Shown piece by piece: positions 27,229 to 36,839 of a DNA stretch of 54,075 nucleotides. Made by a program: the position numbers and the translations under genes. The first letter of the stretch is position 1, and every line of letters starts with the position of its first letter. Under the pieces are notes generated by a model. That model was not told where the DNA came from. It worked only from the letters and a program-made list of their open reading frames with translations, and ran no database searches. Origin of the DNA: a virus (lineage: Duplodnaviria; Caudoviricetes); IMG/VR virus record IMGVR_UViG_3300027896_000056, positions 1-54,075 of that record; one strand, 5' to 3'.

Positions 27229-28015
27229 AATCATTCACCAAATTGCTCCTGCGAACAAAGACATTTGGCACGTTATGTGGCGCAAGTGCTATGAATCTTG
27301 GCAGGAGCATTTTACTGATTATGAGTTTAAGTTATGGGATGATGATCAGGAGCTTGATGACTTTGTAAAGACCAAGTATCCTGATCTTTATCAAACATAC
27401 TTGTCTTGTCCCATTCACATTATCAAGATAGATTTTGCTCGTTTACTGATTCTAAACTATTATGGCGGCATGTATGTAGACATGGACATGTACTGCTATA
27501 AAGACTTCACAACCGACTTGAACAATCAAATCTGCTTGATTGGCAGCCCATGGCGCAATGAACAGATAAACAACTGTCTAATGGCAGGAATACCTGATCA
27601 TGATTTTTGGAAAAGTCATATCAATGATGTGAAGGCTAACATAGATACAATAGATCACCAAAAGCTGTTTACAGTAGATGGTGTAGAAGATGTTAATATC
27701 AGTAACGATGAAGTCTTACGCATCTCCGGACCATATGCATTATTGAATAGCTATAACAACTATCCTAATAAGAGTGAGATTACTATCTTACCCAGTGAGG
27801 AATTTCAGCAGGATTGGCTGTACTATGGACCTGAAATTAAGACTCGTCATTTTATGACAGGCAGATGGGGTCGAGAGTATTACGAAGTTCTTCAACGCCG
27901 ACACAAGGAAGCTTTCCCGCAGCTAACCGAGAAAGAATATGAAGTCATAGAGTTCTATGGGTTTAGGCAAATCAATATGGATAACTTTGATTTCAGAACG
28001 GACTACAGCACTTGA
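27218..28015 (+). CDS. DXD-motif glycosyltransferase (GT32/OCH1-like)
   Basis: MIPKIIHQ, DFARL..YYGGMYVDMD, SGP. Confidence 0.88.
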   Translation: MIPKIIHQIAPANKDIWHVMWRKCYESWQEHFTDYEFKLWDDDQELDDFVKTKYPDLYQTYLSCPIHIIKIDFARLLILNYYGGMYVDMDMYCYKDFTTDLNNQICLIGSPWRNEQINNCLMAGIPDHDFWKSHINDVKANIDTIDHQKLFTVDGVEDVNISNDEVLRISGPYALLNSYNNYPNKSEITILPSEEFQQDWLYYGPEIKTRHFMTGRWGREYYEVLQRRHKEAFPQLTEKEYEVIEFYGFRQINMDNFDFRTDYST

Positions 28016-28045
28016 CATCGTTGCATAATAGTGTATAATAGCAAA

Positions 28046-28885
28046 ATGAAAATTGCACTAGCCTCTGATCTCCATTTGGAGTTTGAAACAATTACGCTTC
28101 CTAACACAGAGGGAGCGAAGGTACTGATCCTAAGTGGTGATATTTGTGTGGCGCATTCGTTGCATGATCATCCTATTGATAAGCCCATTCCTGCCGATGC
28201 TATGAAGCCGGGACGTAATCAAGGTGCTGCGGTGAGGTTCCGTGAGTTCTTTAACCACGTGAACAGTGAATACGATCATGTGGTATACATTGCAGGTAAC
28301 CATGAGTTCTATCATGGGCGTTTCCCGGACGCATATGATTGGCTTCGCACCGAGATTGCAAACTACAGTAACATTCATTTTCTTGATAATGAACACATTG
28401 AGATTGATGGTGTAACTTTTGTGGGTGGTACCCTTTGGACAAACATGAACAAGGGCGATCCTACGACGATGCAAATCATCGAAGGAATGATGAATGACTT
28501 TAGAATCATTCGCAACAGCAAACGCAACTATGCTAAGTTCAGTCCTCTGGACTCTGTAGTCCATCACCGGGCTACTATGAGTTATATCCAAAGCGTAGTT
28601 GATAGCGATACCACAAAGAAATATGTCGTGGTCGGTCATCATGCTCCTACTCCACTGAGCATTCATGAAAAGTACAAGAAAGAGTACTATATGAATGGTG
28701 GATATCACAGTGACCTTTCTGAGTTCATCTTAGATCGGCCCCATATTGTTCTCTGGACTCACGGGCATATGCATGATCCATTTGACTATATGATGGGTGA
28801 GACTCGCATCGTGTGCAATCCTCGCGGATACAAGGGGCACGATCCTCAAGCCAATCTGTTCCAGTTGAAGTTTTTGGACATCTAA
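28046..28885 (+). CDS. calcineurin-like metallophosphoesterase
   Basis: SDLH, GDI, GNHE, HHAP, HGHMH, NPRGY. Confidence 0.92.
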   Translation: MKIALASDLHLEFETITLPNTEGAKVLILSGDICVAHSLHDHPIDKPIPADAMKPGRNQGAAVRFREFFNHVNSEYDHVVYIAGNHEFYHGRFPDAYDWLRTEIANYSNIHFLDNEHIEIDGVTFVGGTLWTNMNKGDPTTMQIIEGMMNDFRIIRNSKRNYAKFSPLDSVVHHRATMSYIQSVVDSDTTKKYVVVGHHAPTPLSIHEKYKKEYYMNGGYHSDLSEFILDRPHIVLWTHGHMHDPFDYMMGETRIVCNPRGYKGHDPQANLFQLKFLDI

Positions 28886-28937
28886 CAATTGCTTTCTATT
28901 GTAAATAGTTTGATATATAAAGTAAGGAGATTGCAAA

Positions 28938-29306
28938 ATGCAGATTATCGCTTCATTCATTACTAATTTGATCCTGTTTATCGCTGGGATGATAATTGGT
29001 GCAAGGATAGTGATGAACGCTGTCAATCAGCGACAAAAGAAGAATGATCGTAATGATGTTCTTCCTGTCTGCTTTGCGGAATATCTGGAAGGTAGTTATT
29101 ACCTATACGCAGAGAATTCCAATAAGTTTCTGTGCCAGTCTCCTACTATTGAAGGTCTTGCTAAGAATCTTCGAGAAAACAAGAAGATCGATATTGCATT
29201 TGTGATTGCAAAGGGCGGTGATCATGAAATGTTTTGGTTTGCAGGCGGCGAAGCTAGACCTGCTGATCTTGCAGGATTGCAGGCTTTGTCTAGTGAGGCG
29301 AAATGA
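28938..29306 (+). CDS. membrane-anchored hypothetical protein
   Basis: AAGGAG RBS; N-terminal TM. Confidence 0.65.
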   Translation: MQIIASFITNLILFIAGMIIGARIVMNAVNQRQKKNDRNDVLPVCFAEYLEGSYYLYAENSNKFLCQSPTIEGLAKNLRENKKIDIAFVIAKGGDHEMFWFAGGEARPADLAGLQALSSEAK

Positions 29307-29839
29307 AGGTTAACTTAAGCAAATACCATAAAGGTCCCGCTCAACGTTCCATCGACGTTCAGATTGATTCTTATGACACTTGGGGTCTTGATCAGACTCT
29401 TGCACTGATTATTCTTCCCGCACTTATCCAACTCAAGCACACCAAGAATGGTCTCCCAAGCGAGTTCTGCGGTGGAATTGGAAGCGACATGGATCGCAAC
29501 TATTGCTTTGACTTTATCAAAGAGGACGAAAATAGAGTCTTTGATAAAAAATGTGAAAAGTGGGATGAAGTATTTGACAAGATGATCTGGACTTTTCAAC
29601 AGATTGTCGATGATGAGTCTGAAAACAAATACTTTCACGGTAAGCCAGACTATAGTTTTGAAAAGAGTGATATCATTTACAATAATCCTCTCACTGGAAA
29701 AGCAGAAGAAACTTACGAACTTGTGGACAAAAATCCAGGAGAACACTGGTATGATGGTGTTGGCCAAATGATACATAACGAACGCATTCAAGAAGGGCTT
29801 GAATTGTTCGGAAAACATTATCGCTCATTATGGGACTAA
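29303..29839 (+). CDS. conserved large-phage protein
   Basis: DTWGLD.TLA..W..DKMIW.F..EGLELFGK.YRSLWD. Confidence 0.8.
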   Translation: MKVNLSKYHKGPAQRSIDVQIDSYDTWGLDQTLALIILPALIQLKHTKNGLPSEFCGGIGSDMDRNYCFDFIKEDENRVFDKKCEKWDEVFDKMIWTFQQIVDDESENKYFHGKPDYSFEKSDIIYNNPLTGKAEETYELVDKNPGEHWYDGVGQMIHNERIQEGLELFGKHYRSLWD

Positions 29840-29841
29840 AA

Positions 29842-30015
29842 ATGGAAATTCAACCTAAAGATATAAGTCGCGGACATTTCTATGTCAGCATAGCCAAGAG
29901 CATGTTGCGTATCGGTGCAAGCCTTGCATTGATGATGATGCCAGGGGTGTTTGAAATTGCAGGTTGCTTACTCTTTGCAGCAGAACTGTTGGGAATTCTA
30001 GAGGAGCTAGTGTAA
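29842..30015 (+). CDS. small membrane protein
   Basis: HFYVS.AKS.LR..AELLGILEELV. Confidence 0.7.
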   Translation: MEIQPKDISRGHFYVSIAKSMLRIGASLALMMMPGVFEIAGCLLFAAELLGILEELV

Positions 30016-30051
30016 TCATGAAAAATGTCCGAGATATGGTAAAGGCAGAAA

Positions 30052-30570
30052 ATGAAGCCTAAGTTCATCGATTACTTCATGAAGTTTGCTGAGCTTACCA
30101 GCACACTTAGTTATGCAAAGCGTTTACAAGTTGGTTCAGTCATCGTAAAGAATGACCAAATCATTGGCACCGGCTATAATGGTATGCCAAGTGGTTGGGA
30201 TAACGATTGTGAATTTAAAGTTTGGGATAATGGAGCAGGGGGATGGCTTTCTGTTGAAGAGTTTGAATCCCAGTATCCATATGAAACGTGGAATGAGCAG
30301 GCTGGCCGCAATGTTCGATATGGATTAAAGACTCGCCCTGAGGTCCTGCATTCAGAAATGAATGCACTGATGAAGGTTGCACAGTCTACCGAATCCACGA
30401 AGAATGCCACACTTTTTTGCACTCATGCTCCCTGCATTGATTGTGCTAAAGCAATATACCAAGCAGGCATCACTACAGTTTATTATAAGGAAGACTATAG
30501 ATCAACCGATGGTTTGGAATTTTTGCGAAGGTCAGGTGTTAATGTCCATCAATATACCGAACGCACATAG
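30052..30570 (+). CDS. dCMP deaminase
   Basis: GYNG, HSE, PCIDC. Confidence 0.92.
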   Translation: MKPKFIDYFMKFAELTSTLSYAKRLQVGSVIVKNDQIIGTGYNGMPSGWDNDCEFKVWDNGAGGWLSVEEFESQYPYETWNEQAGRNVRYGLKTRPEVLHSEMNALMKVAQSTESTKNATLFCTHAPCIDCAKAIYQAGITTVYYKEDYRSTDGLEFLRRSGVNVHQYTERT

Positions 30571-30742
30571 AGCAAACATCACTGTACAGTTTGGGCAACT
30601 ACAACCTATTCTACAATGGTGCGAACGAAACTGTACCAGTGAATGGCGGTTTATGGAAGACATTAATGATCAGTATAACGGATTCGAGTTTTTCTTTGAA
30701 TCCGAAAGAGACTATGTAGCTTTTTTGATTTGGAAAAAATAA
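30542..30742 (+). CDS. microprotein family, dispersed member
   Basis: WCERNC..; ends FFFESERDYVAFLIWKK*. Confidence 0.65.
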   Translation: MSINIPNAHRANITVQFGQLQPILQWCERNCTSEWRFMEDINDQYNGFEFFFESERDYVAFLIWKK

Positions 30743-30987
30743 TGAAGTTTTTGATATTCAACCGAGAATCTGATAACTTTGATGACATTCTACAAGATGT
30801 CAAGACGCATAAGATACGCTTCAAGCTACGTTTTCTCAATCACCTTATTTTGGGGTTTGATAATAAAACTGAAAAAGAACAATCCCTATTCACATTGAAG
30901 TACGGGGACGACATGATTGACTTTGGTCATATCGTCCCCGATCGTTCTCCAGTAATGTACAGAGATTATATTCCTATTAGGAAGTGA
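30742..30987 (+). CDS. hypothetical protein, internal FTLKYG motif
   Basis: TAATG overlap. Confidence 0.6.
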   Translation: MKFLIFNRESDNFDDILQDVKTHKIRFKLRFLNHLILGFDNKTEKEQSLFTLKYGDDMIDFGHIVPDRSPVMYRDYIPIRK

Positions 30988-30993
30988 TTGTGG

Positions 30994-31512
30994 TTAAAAC
31001 CACATGAAAAGACCTTCGCTCATCAATACGATACCGATTGCCGCGACAGCAAAGCTGCCCCAAAATAGATACATACTGACTGCAAGAATACTTGCTGAAA
31101 GTACAACAATGCTCAACTGAAATGCAGTACTTGCATAGCTGATCCAAGGACTGCTCTTTTTGGCAGCGTCCCGATCAGCTTCCAGTTTCTTTGCAGTTGC
31201 ATATAGTTCTTTCTTGCCTTCTTTACCGTCTTCATAACTGGCAGCCTTTGCTTTCCATTCCTCAGCTAAAGCTGGATTCTTGGTCTGTTCAGCAGCCAAT
31301 TCATACTCGGTTTGCTTGATGCTCTTTGCTTGATAGAAGTTCCAAACATCATTGGCTTTGATCGTATTGTTCATTATAGTTGAACTCAATGAACCACCAA
31401 TAAAGGTATTGACCGCTAGCAATAATGCGAAGAAGTTGATAACTAATCCGGCTTTATCCTTGATCTTTGCTTCCTTTTCGGAACGTGATAGTGGTTTTGG
31501 TGCTTCTGACAT
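30994..31512 (-). CDS. DUF4337-like membrane protein
   Basis: WNFYQAKSIKQ, QLSIVVLSAS, 3 TM; GATAAATA upstream. Confidence 0.75.
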   Translation of the reverse strand: MSEAPKPLSRSEKEAKIKDKAGLVINFFALLLAVNTFIGGSLSSTIMNNTIKANDVWNFYQAKSIKQTEYELAAEQTKNPALAEEWKAKAASYEDGKEGKKELYATAKKLEADRDAAKKSSPWISYASTAFQLSIVVLSASILAVSMYLFWGSFAVAAIGIVLMSEGLFMWF

Positions 31513-31591
31513 GTTGTTTCCTTATTATTATCAGTCACTATTTATCGTTTTTGCTTGCTTTTTACCTGACCCTATGCTATAAATACAAAGT

Positions 31592-32137
31592 ATGAAGATA
31601 ACTGAACTCTTTGAAGATGTCCAAAAAGGCAAACCCATAGTCTATGTGGACATGGATGGAGTCGTAGCTGACTTGTATAGTCATGCTGCTGAACTCAGCA
31701 ACGTTGACCACTACAATGACATGACCGATAAACAGTGGGATCAATTCTTCAAAGATTCCAATGCATATGAACTGTTTCGAGACATTAAGCCATTTTCGAC
31801 TGCAAACAAACTGCTTGAACTTGTAAAGAAGTATGCAGGTGGCTATACTATTCTTAGTAGCCCATTGAGTTTTGATAAGGCAGGTAGCATCAGAGGCAAG
31901 TCGGAATGGCTAAAGAAGCACATTACCGTTAAGCCTGATAACGTAATTTTTGAGCATGACAAGTACAAGTATGCTGTTCAGCCTGATGGCACTCCCAATA
32001 TATTGATTGACGATTACGGTGTCAACACTCGTGCGTGGAATGAACACGGTGGAGTTGCTTGCAAGTATCAAGCTGACGAAGATTCTCTGGATAAGGTGGT
32101 AGCAGTTCTACAAAAGGTCTTCGAAAAAGATAAATAA
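31592..32137 (+). CDS. HAD 5'(3')-deoxyribonucleotidase-like protein with N-terminal leader peptide
   Basis: DMDGV, ILSS, LIDD; begins MKITELFE. Confidence 0.85.
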   Translation: MKITELFEDVQKGKPIVYVDMDGVVADLYSHAAELSNVDHYNDMTDKQWDQFFKDSNAYELFRDIKPFSTANKLLELVKKYAGGYTILSSPLSFDKAGSIRGKSEWLKKHITVKPDNVIFEHDKYKYAVQPDGTPNILIDDYGVNTRAWNEHGGVACKYQADEDSLDKVVAVLQKVFEKDK

Positions 32138-32158
32138 TAATATATTTCGGAGATTATA

Positions 32159-33388
32159 ATGGATACCAGAGACTTATACAAGCTTATTCGCGGCATGGAA
32201 GAAAACCATGAAAGCGAAGACATCAAACTTCATGACAGTTTCGACATTGAGTTGAATGAAAACTTTGTCATTGAGACCGGTGTTGTTGGCTTCACCGAAG
32301 ACGGCGGTGTTATTCTTCACCTTGATGAAGACGCACTTGAGTTTCTAGGATTTCATGGTGTCCTTAACGAATCTGAACAAGTTGATGAATATATGAAGCT
32401 CGGTGGCGGTGGTGACGCTGCTGAAGGTGGAACTCGTGTAATGGGTGAAGACCTAAATGAAACTTATACCAGCGAAGAATCACCAGTTTATAACGCGGTT
32501 CTTAACCGTATCACTCGTCAACACTTAGACCTACTTAGTAAGTATGGCCCTGCTGCTGTTATGTCCGCAGTTGAAGATGTAGCGCACGATGTAGGCGGTG
32601 TTGACGAAATTGGTTCAAGCGATGTTAGCATTTGGACTCGCCGGGCAATCGAATATTTAGAAGCCGGTCACTATGATCATCTTAAGGAAGAAGACGAACT
32701 TAAAGAAATTAAAAGACTTGCGTACGGCAGTAAGAAGACTGACTGCCCTGTTTGTCACGGAACCGGTGGGCACGATAAGTTAACTGTCAGGGATGGACAT
32801 CACACTGTTCCTTGCAGAACTTGCAAGGGCACCGGTGAAGTTGACTCAGATGAAGACAACGAACTTGATGAAGGTCTCGGAAAGATGCTTCTAGGTGGTG
32901 CTGCACTCATTGCTGCTATTACTGGTATCAACAAGTACGAAGCCAATCAGATGATGAAGAATGATCCTCAGCTTGCTAAGCTGGCTCACTTCCGTGAAGT
33001 CGCACAGCAAAAGGGCGATGAAGCTAAGGTTCAGGAACTCGATGACAGAATCAGACAGACAATGGATCACTTGTCAGTAACCGGTGACGAAGTTCGTGAC
33101 GAAATGGGTCGTCCAGTAGATCCTCAATACGAAAGTGTTGAAATGGACGAAGCTGAATATCATGGTCGTAAAGTTCCTCTTGGTAAGCCAATGCAGGGCG
33201 ATGTTAAGAAGTCGAAGGTCTATGTTCGTAAGCCAAATGGCAAGGTCGTAAAGGTTAACTTTGGCGACAAGAACATGCGTATCAAGAAGAACAGCCCAGG
33301 ACACCGTAAGAGTTTCCGCGCTCGTCACCATTGCGAAAACCCTGGCCCTCGCTGGAAGGCCAGATATTGGTCATGCAGAGCTTGGTAA
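32159..33388 (+). CDS. multidomain acidic protein, putative virion-internal polyprotein
   Basis: Modules separated by LNE/VDE/LDE/MDEAE; CxxCxGxG pair; basic C-terminal KVNFG..RARH.C..YWSC domain. Confidence 0.7.
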   Translation: MDTRDLYKLIRGMEENHESEDIKLHDSFDIELNENFVIETGVVGFTEDGGVILHLDEDALEFLGFHGVLNESEQVDEYMKLGGGGDAAEGGTRVMGEDLNETYTSEESPVYNAVLNRITRQHLDLLSKYGPAAVMSAVEDVAHDVGGVDEIGSSDVSIWTRRAIEYLEAGHYDHLKEEDELKEIKRLAYGSKKTDCPVCHGTGGHDKLTVRDGHHTVPCRTCKGTGEVDSDEDNELDEGLGKMLLGGAALIAAITGINKYEANQMMKNDPQLAKLAHFREVAQQKGDEAKVQELDDRIRQTMDHLSVTGDEVRDEMGRPVDPQYESVEMDEAEYHGRKVPLGKPMQGDVKKSKVYVRKPNGKVVKVNFGDKNMRIKKNSPGHRKSFRARHHCENPGPRWKARYWSCRAW

Positions 33389-33425
33389 AAACTGTACAAT
33401 CGCAGTCTAGAGAATAAATAGCAAT

Positions 33426-33599
33426 ATGAACAATAACCCTTCATCTACCCCAAAAGAAGCTAGAGGTGGAACATTTTCTTCCGCTGATATTCCGCTCATC
33501 AAAGCGGCATTACATGCATATGTGAAGACCATAGATTCAGAACACCCAGACGTATCTAAAGCTGCACATCTTCTACATCGTTTGGGTCGTATTTTGTAA
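33426..33599 (+). CDS. small protein (57 aa, not in ORF track)
   Basis: ATG 6 nt after AATAAATA; ends LLHRLGRIL*. Confidence 0.55.
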   Translation: MNNNPSSTPKEARGGTFSSADIPLIKAALHAYVKTIDSEHPDVSKAAHLLHRLGRIL

Positions 33600-33615
33600 T
33601 ATTATGGCAATTTAA

Positions 33616-33801
33616 ATGCCCGCAAAATCCAAAAGAAGTAAGACAAGGTATGAGGTTATCACCCAGGAGGATTCCAACGGTGATATGATCATACCTGTTC
33701 CTATTCCACTCCTAAAATATCTAGGATGGAAAGAGGGCGATGATGTTGAAATTGGCGTGGACGAACGCGGCGAACTATTTTTGAAGAAAGCAAATAAATG
33801 A
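33616..33801 (+). CDS. AbrB/MazE-like small protein
   Basis: IIPVP..L..LGWKEGDDV. Confidence 0.7.
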   Translation: MPAKSKRSKTRYEVITQEDSNGDMIIPVPIPLLKYLGWKEGDDVEIGVDERGELFLKKANK

Positions 33802-34388
33802 CCGATGATACTACTAATGACATTTATGAATTAACTGATGATCAAGAATTAGCTACTGATCTTGGTGCGGCATATAATTATTCAGCTACCTCAGCGTTAA
33901 CGGGCGGGAATTCGTTTAACTACACTAGTGTATTACCTAATGTTACTGCAATTTTGTCCTCGTCACTGGGGACGGGCGGTGCCGGGGCGACCTATACTAC
34001 TGGTGCGGGGTTGGGAACAGTTTTCCCTGCCGGATCAATTACGGCAGGAGCAGGAACATCCACCTGGACTTATAACAATACCATCACCGGTACTGCATCT
34101 CCGTACGCTCAGCACATCTCAACTAACGGATATGTGTATCCAAATACTATTACATCTGGACATACATTACAAGTTAATGGTGATGCTAGAATTGATGGTA
34201 GTCTTACGGTTAAAGGTGTAAATCTGTCTGAAAGATTGGACCAGATTGAACAGCGTTTGGGTATCCTACGCCCAAACAACGATTTAGAAGGAAAGTGGGA
34301 ACAACTAAAAGCTCTCGGTGATCAGTACCGTCAGCTTGAAAAAGAAATCCTAGAGAAGGAATCGATGTGGGATATTTTAAAGAAGTAA
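33798..34388 (+). CDS. Thr/Gly-rich protein with C-terminal coiled coil
   Basis: Composition; RLDQIEQRL..W..LK..YR.LE. Confidence 0.75.
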   Translation: MTDDTTNDIYELTDDQELATDLGAAYNYSATSALTGGNSFNYTSVLPNVTAILSSSLGTGGAGATYTTGAGLGTVFPAGSITAGAGTSTWTYNNTITGTASPYAQHISTNGYVYPNTITSGHTLQVNGDARIDGSLTVKGVNLSERLDQIEQRLGILRPNNDLEGKWEQLKALGDQYRQLEKEILEKESMWDILKK

Positions 34389-34397
34389 TAATGAGTT

Positions 34398-34613
34398 ATG
34401 GCTAAAGACGGTACAATTAAGTTAGAAGGAGAAGTAGTAGATGTGTTACCAAATACGACTTTTCGAGTTAAACTAGAAAACGGTTTAGTTATTCTTGCAT
34501 ATTTGGCAGGAAAAATGCGTCAGCACGAAATACGAATTTTATTGAGTGATAAGGTTGATGTTGAAATCAGCCCTTATGATGTTTCAAGAGGAAGAATCGT
34601 AAGGCGCAAGTAA
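34398..34613 (+). CDS. infA: translation initiation factor IF-1
   Basis: [40 protein letters not shown]. Confidence 0.93.
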   Translation: MAKDGTIKLEGEVVDVLPNTTFRVKLENGLVILAYLAGKMRQHEIRILLSDKVDVEISPYDVSRGRIVRRK

Positions 34614-34659
34614 TCTTTTGATATCCTAAATCATTTCATCGCATTTGAATAAATAGAAG

Positions 34660-35214
34660 ATGCGTGAATATATTACCTTACTTGAAGCCAAATCTAAGCC
34701 TCAAGACATAGAAATCATACCATTGAACTTCACGGAGCGTGAAGTTTCTCCAGTTATGGGGAAGGACACCCTTGACCTTCATTATAACAAGTTGGCTAAG
34801 GGATATGCTCAACGCTACAACGATAATGAAGGTGACTCTGACTTCAACTATGCTGGTGCGTTCTTACATAACATGTGGTTCCCTCAGTTTAGGGAAGTAA
34901 GAACGAACAATAAACCTAACGGCCCGATGCTATCATTCATCAACAAACACTTTGGCGATTACGATAAGTTCAAAGGTGCTTTTCTTGAGGAAGCGTTGAA
35001 GATTGAAGGATCGGGTTGGATTTATCTTGCCCATGATGGCAGTATCAAAACAATCAAAAACCATGAAGTCCGAGATGACATACTGCTTCTTGTTGACTGG
35101 TGGGAACACGCATGGATTCTTGATTACGGCAGCGATAAGAAAACATATCTCAAAGAACTCTGGAAGATTATCAACTGGAATGTGATCAATACTCGTTGGG
35201 GTAAATCACTGTGA
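34660..35214 (+). CDS. sod: Fe/Mn superoxide dismutase with N-terminal leader peptide
   Basis: LHY, FLHNMW, GSGW, DWWEHAW ligands; begins MREYITLLEA. Confidence 0.88.
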   Translation: MREYITLLEAKSKPQDIEIIPLNFTEREVSPVMGKDTLDLHYNKLAKGYAQRYNDNEGDSDFNYAGAFLHNMWFPQFREVRTNNKPNGPMLSFINKHFGDYDKFKGAFLEEALKIEGSGWIYLAHDGSIKTIKNHEVRDDILLLVDWWEHAWILDYGSDKKTYLKELWKIINWNVINTRWGKSL

Positions 35215-36383
35215 GAGCATCCGATTTTGAAATCCACAACTATACAAAGCTAGACAAAATCCTTCTCAAGCTGTGTGAGATGGTTATTGATGAACATCAC
35301 AGTGAACCCAAGTTGGATGGTCTTGTCGGCGCAGCAGTACTTGATCCCAAGAACAACATTGTCACTGGTATAAGCACCAAGTCAGGTGACAAGTGGATTC
35401 ACGCTGAGCGAGAAGCATTAAGCAAATATGAATCCAAATACGGTGAAGTGCCAGAAGGCAGCATTATTGTCACTACACTAAGCCCATGCAATGATAAGAT
35501 GGATAATCGTTACAGTGAAAGCTGCACTGACTTAATCAATAACAGTCCTGTCAAAAAAGTATACTGTGGGTATATTGATCCAACGCAAACTAACGATCAA
35601 CGTAAGTTCACTCAGTTGGAGTCTGGCAATAAAAGCGTAAGAGAACTCTGCAAAAAGATTTCTAATATCTTTCTTGAAAAGAAGGATGACTTCATCAAAG
35701 AAACACAAGAACTTGACGAGATGCCTCTACCGACTGGTTGGGATGAGAATGAACTCAGTTCAGCTAAATCATTCAAAAGCCGTCTCGCATATGCTCTGCA
35801 ACGAGCCAAAAGATTAGGCGGGGGATCAGCAAGAGTAGCAATGATCATTGAGTATGAGGGGCGTCCTACCGCTCTTAAAGTTGCCAAAAACGCAAAAGGT
35901 ATGGCACAGAACCAAGCCGAAGTCAACGTACTTGATGATGGTTATCTCGGTAGACTTCCAATTGTTATTCCGCTTATTGATTATGATCGAAAGAATCCGC
36001 AACCAACATGGCTCCAAACTGAACTTGCAAAGAAGGTAAGTTCTGCTAAACTAGCAACTTTACTACATTGCACACACGTTTGGGACTTCACTGAAGCAGT
36101 TGAAGCCCTCTTGAATAGAAAAGATCGCTGGCGTGGTCGTGAGCTAGGAGAGATTTTACAAGACCTCAAAGAAGCAGGCAAAACAGAACAAGACCTTGAT
36201 ATTTTTATGGATTATGTTCATGAAGCGGGCGATCTTATCAATAGCTCCACTATTCTTATTGGCGATTTAAATCAAGCAGCCAACTGGGGCGAATATGATG
36301 GCAGACCAGTCATTCTCGATTTGGGTTTCACTGAAGAAGTAATGCCACTATATCAACGAAAAGTAAAGAGAGGCTGGGGATGA
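35211..36383 (+). CDS. zinc deaminase fused to kinase-like domain
   Basis: HAE..SPC..C; after ELDE: LGGGSARV, ALKVA, GDL..NWG, ILDLG. Confidence 0.75.
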   Translation: MRASDFEIHNYTKLDKILLKLCEMVIDEHHSEPKLDGLVGAAVLDPKNNIVTGISTKSGDKWIHAEREALSKYESKYGEVPEGSIIVTTLSPCNDKMDNRYSESCTDLINNSPVKKVYCGYIDPTQTNDQRKFTQLESGNKSVRELCKKISNIFLEKKDDFIKETQELDEMPLPTGWDENELSSAKSFKSRLAYALQRAKRLGGGSARVAMIIEYEGRPTALKVAKNAKGMAQNQAEVNVLDDGYLGRLPIVIPLIDYDRKNPQPTWLQTELAKKVSSAKLATLLHCTHVWDFTEAVEALLNRKDRWRGRELGEILQDLKEAGKTEQDLDIFMDYVHEAGDLINSSTILIGDLNQAANWGEYDGRPVILDLGFTEEVMPLYQRKVKRGWG

Positions 36384-36805
36384 GAGCAACAGAGTTTATA
36401 ACTGAAGAACCAATCAAACTCAGTGGCTTTGGACCTTCTGAGAAGACCAAAGCATGGGTGGCTAAAGTTTATGAGAAGTTCCCGGAAAGTCCATTGAGCC
36501 GTAGCAATCGCCTGATGACTTTTGGTAAAGGTGATGACATGCAGATTGTGCAGTTTGAACTTACACCTAAACAGGGAAACAAAGTAGAACTAAAATGGAT
36601 TCAGGCAACGCCTATGCGTGGTGGCGCTGGTTCAAAAGCAATGAAGATATTGCAGGATTTAGCACAACAAGATGGCATCACGCTTACTTTGTTCCCATGG
36701 GATAAAGGCGCAGTATCACAAGCTAAGCTAATCAAGTTCTACAAAAAGCACGGTTTTCAGCATATCGGTAAATCCAAGAACATGCAATGGAGCCCGGCTT
36801 CCTAA
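36380..36805 (+). CDS. GNAT-family acetyltransferase with N-terminal leader peptide
   Basis: RGGAGSKAM, LIKFYKKHGF; begins MRATEFITE. Confidence 0.75.
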   Translation: MRATEFITEEPIKLSGFGPSEKTKAWVAKVYEKFPESPLSRSNRLMTFGKGDDMQIVQFELTPKQGNKVELKWIQATPMRGGAGSKAMKILQDLAQQDGITLTLFPWDKGAVSQAKLIKFYKKHGFQHIGKSKNMQWSPAS

Positions 36806-36837
36806 TCCTTATTGATAAATACTAACATAAGGATTAG
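36802..36837 (+). promoter_or_regulatory. RBS-occluding hairpin with late promoter in loop
   Basis: CTAATCCTTAT / ATAAGGATTAG perfect 11 bp; GATAAATA in loop. Confidence 0.7.
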
Positions 36838-36839
36838 AA

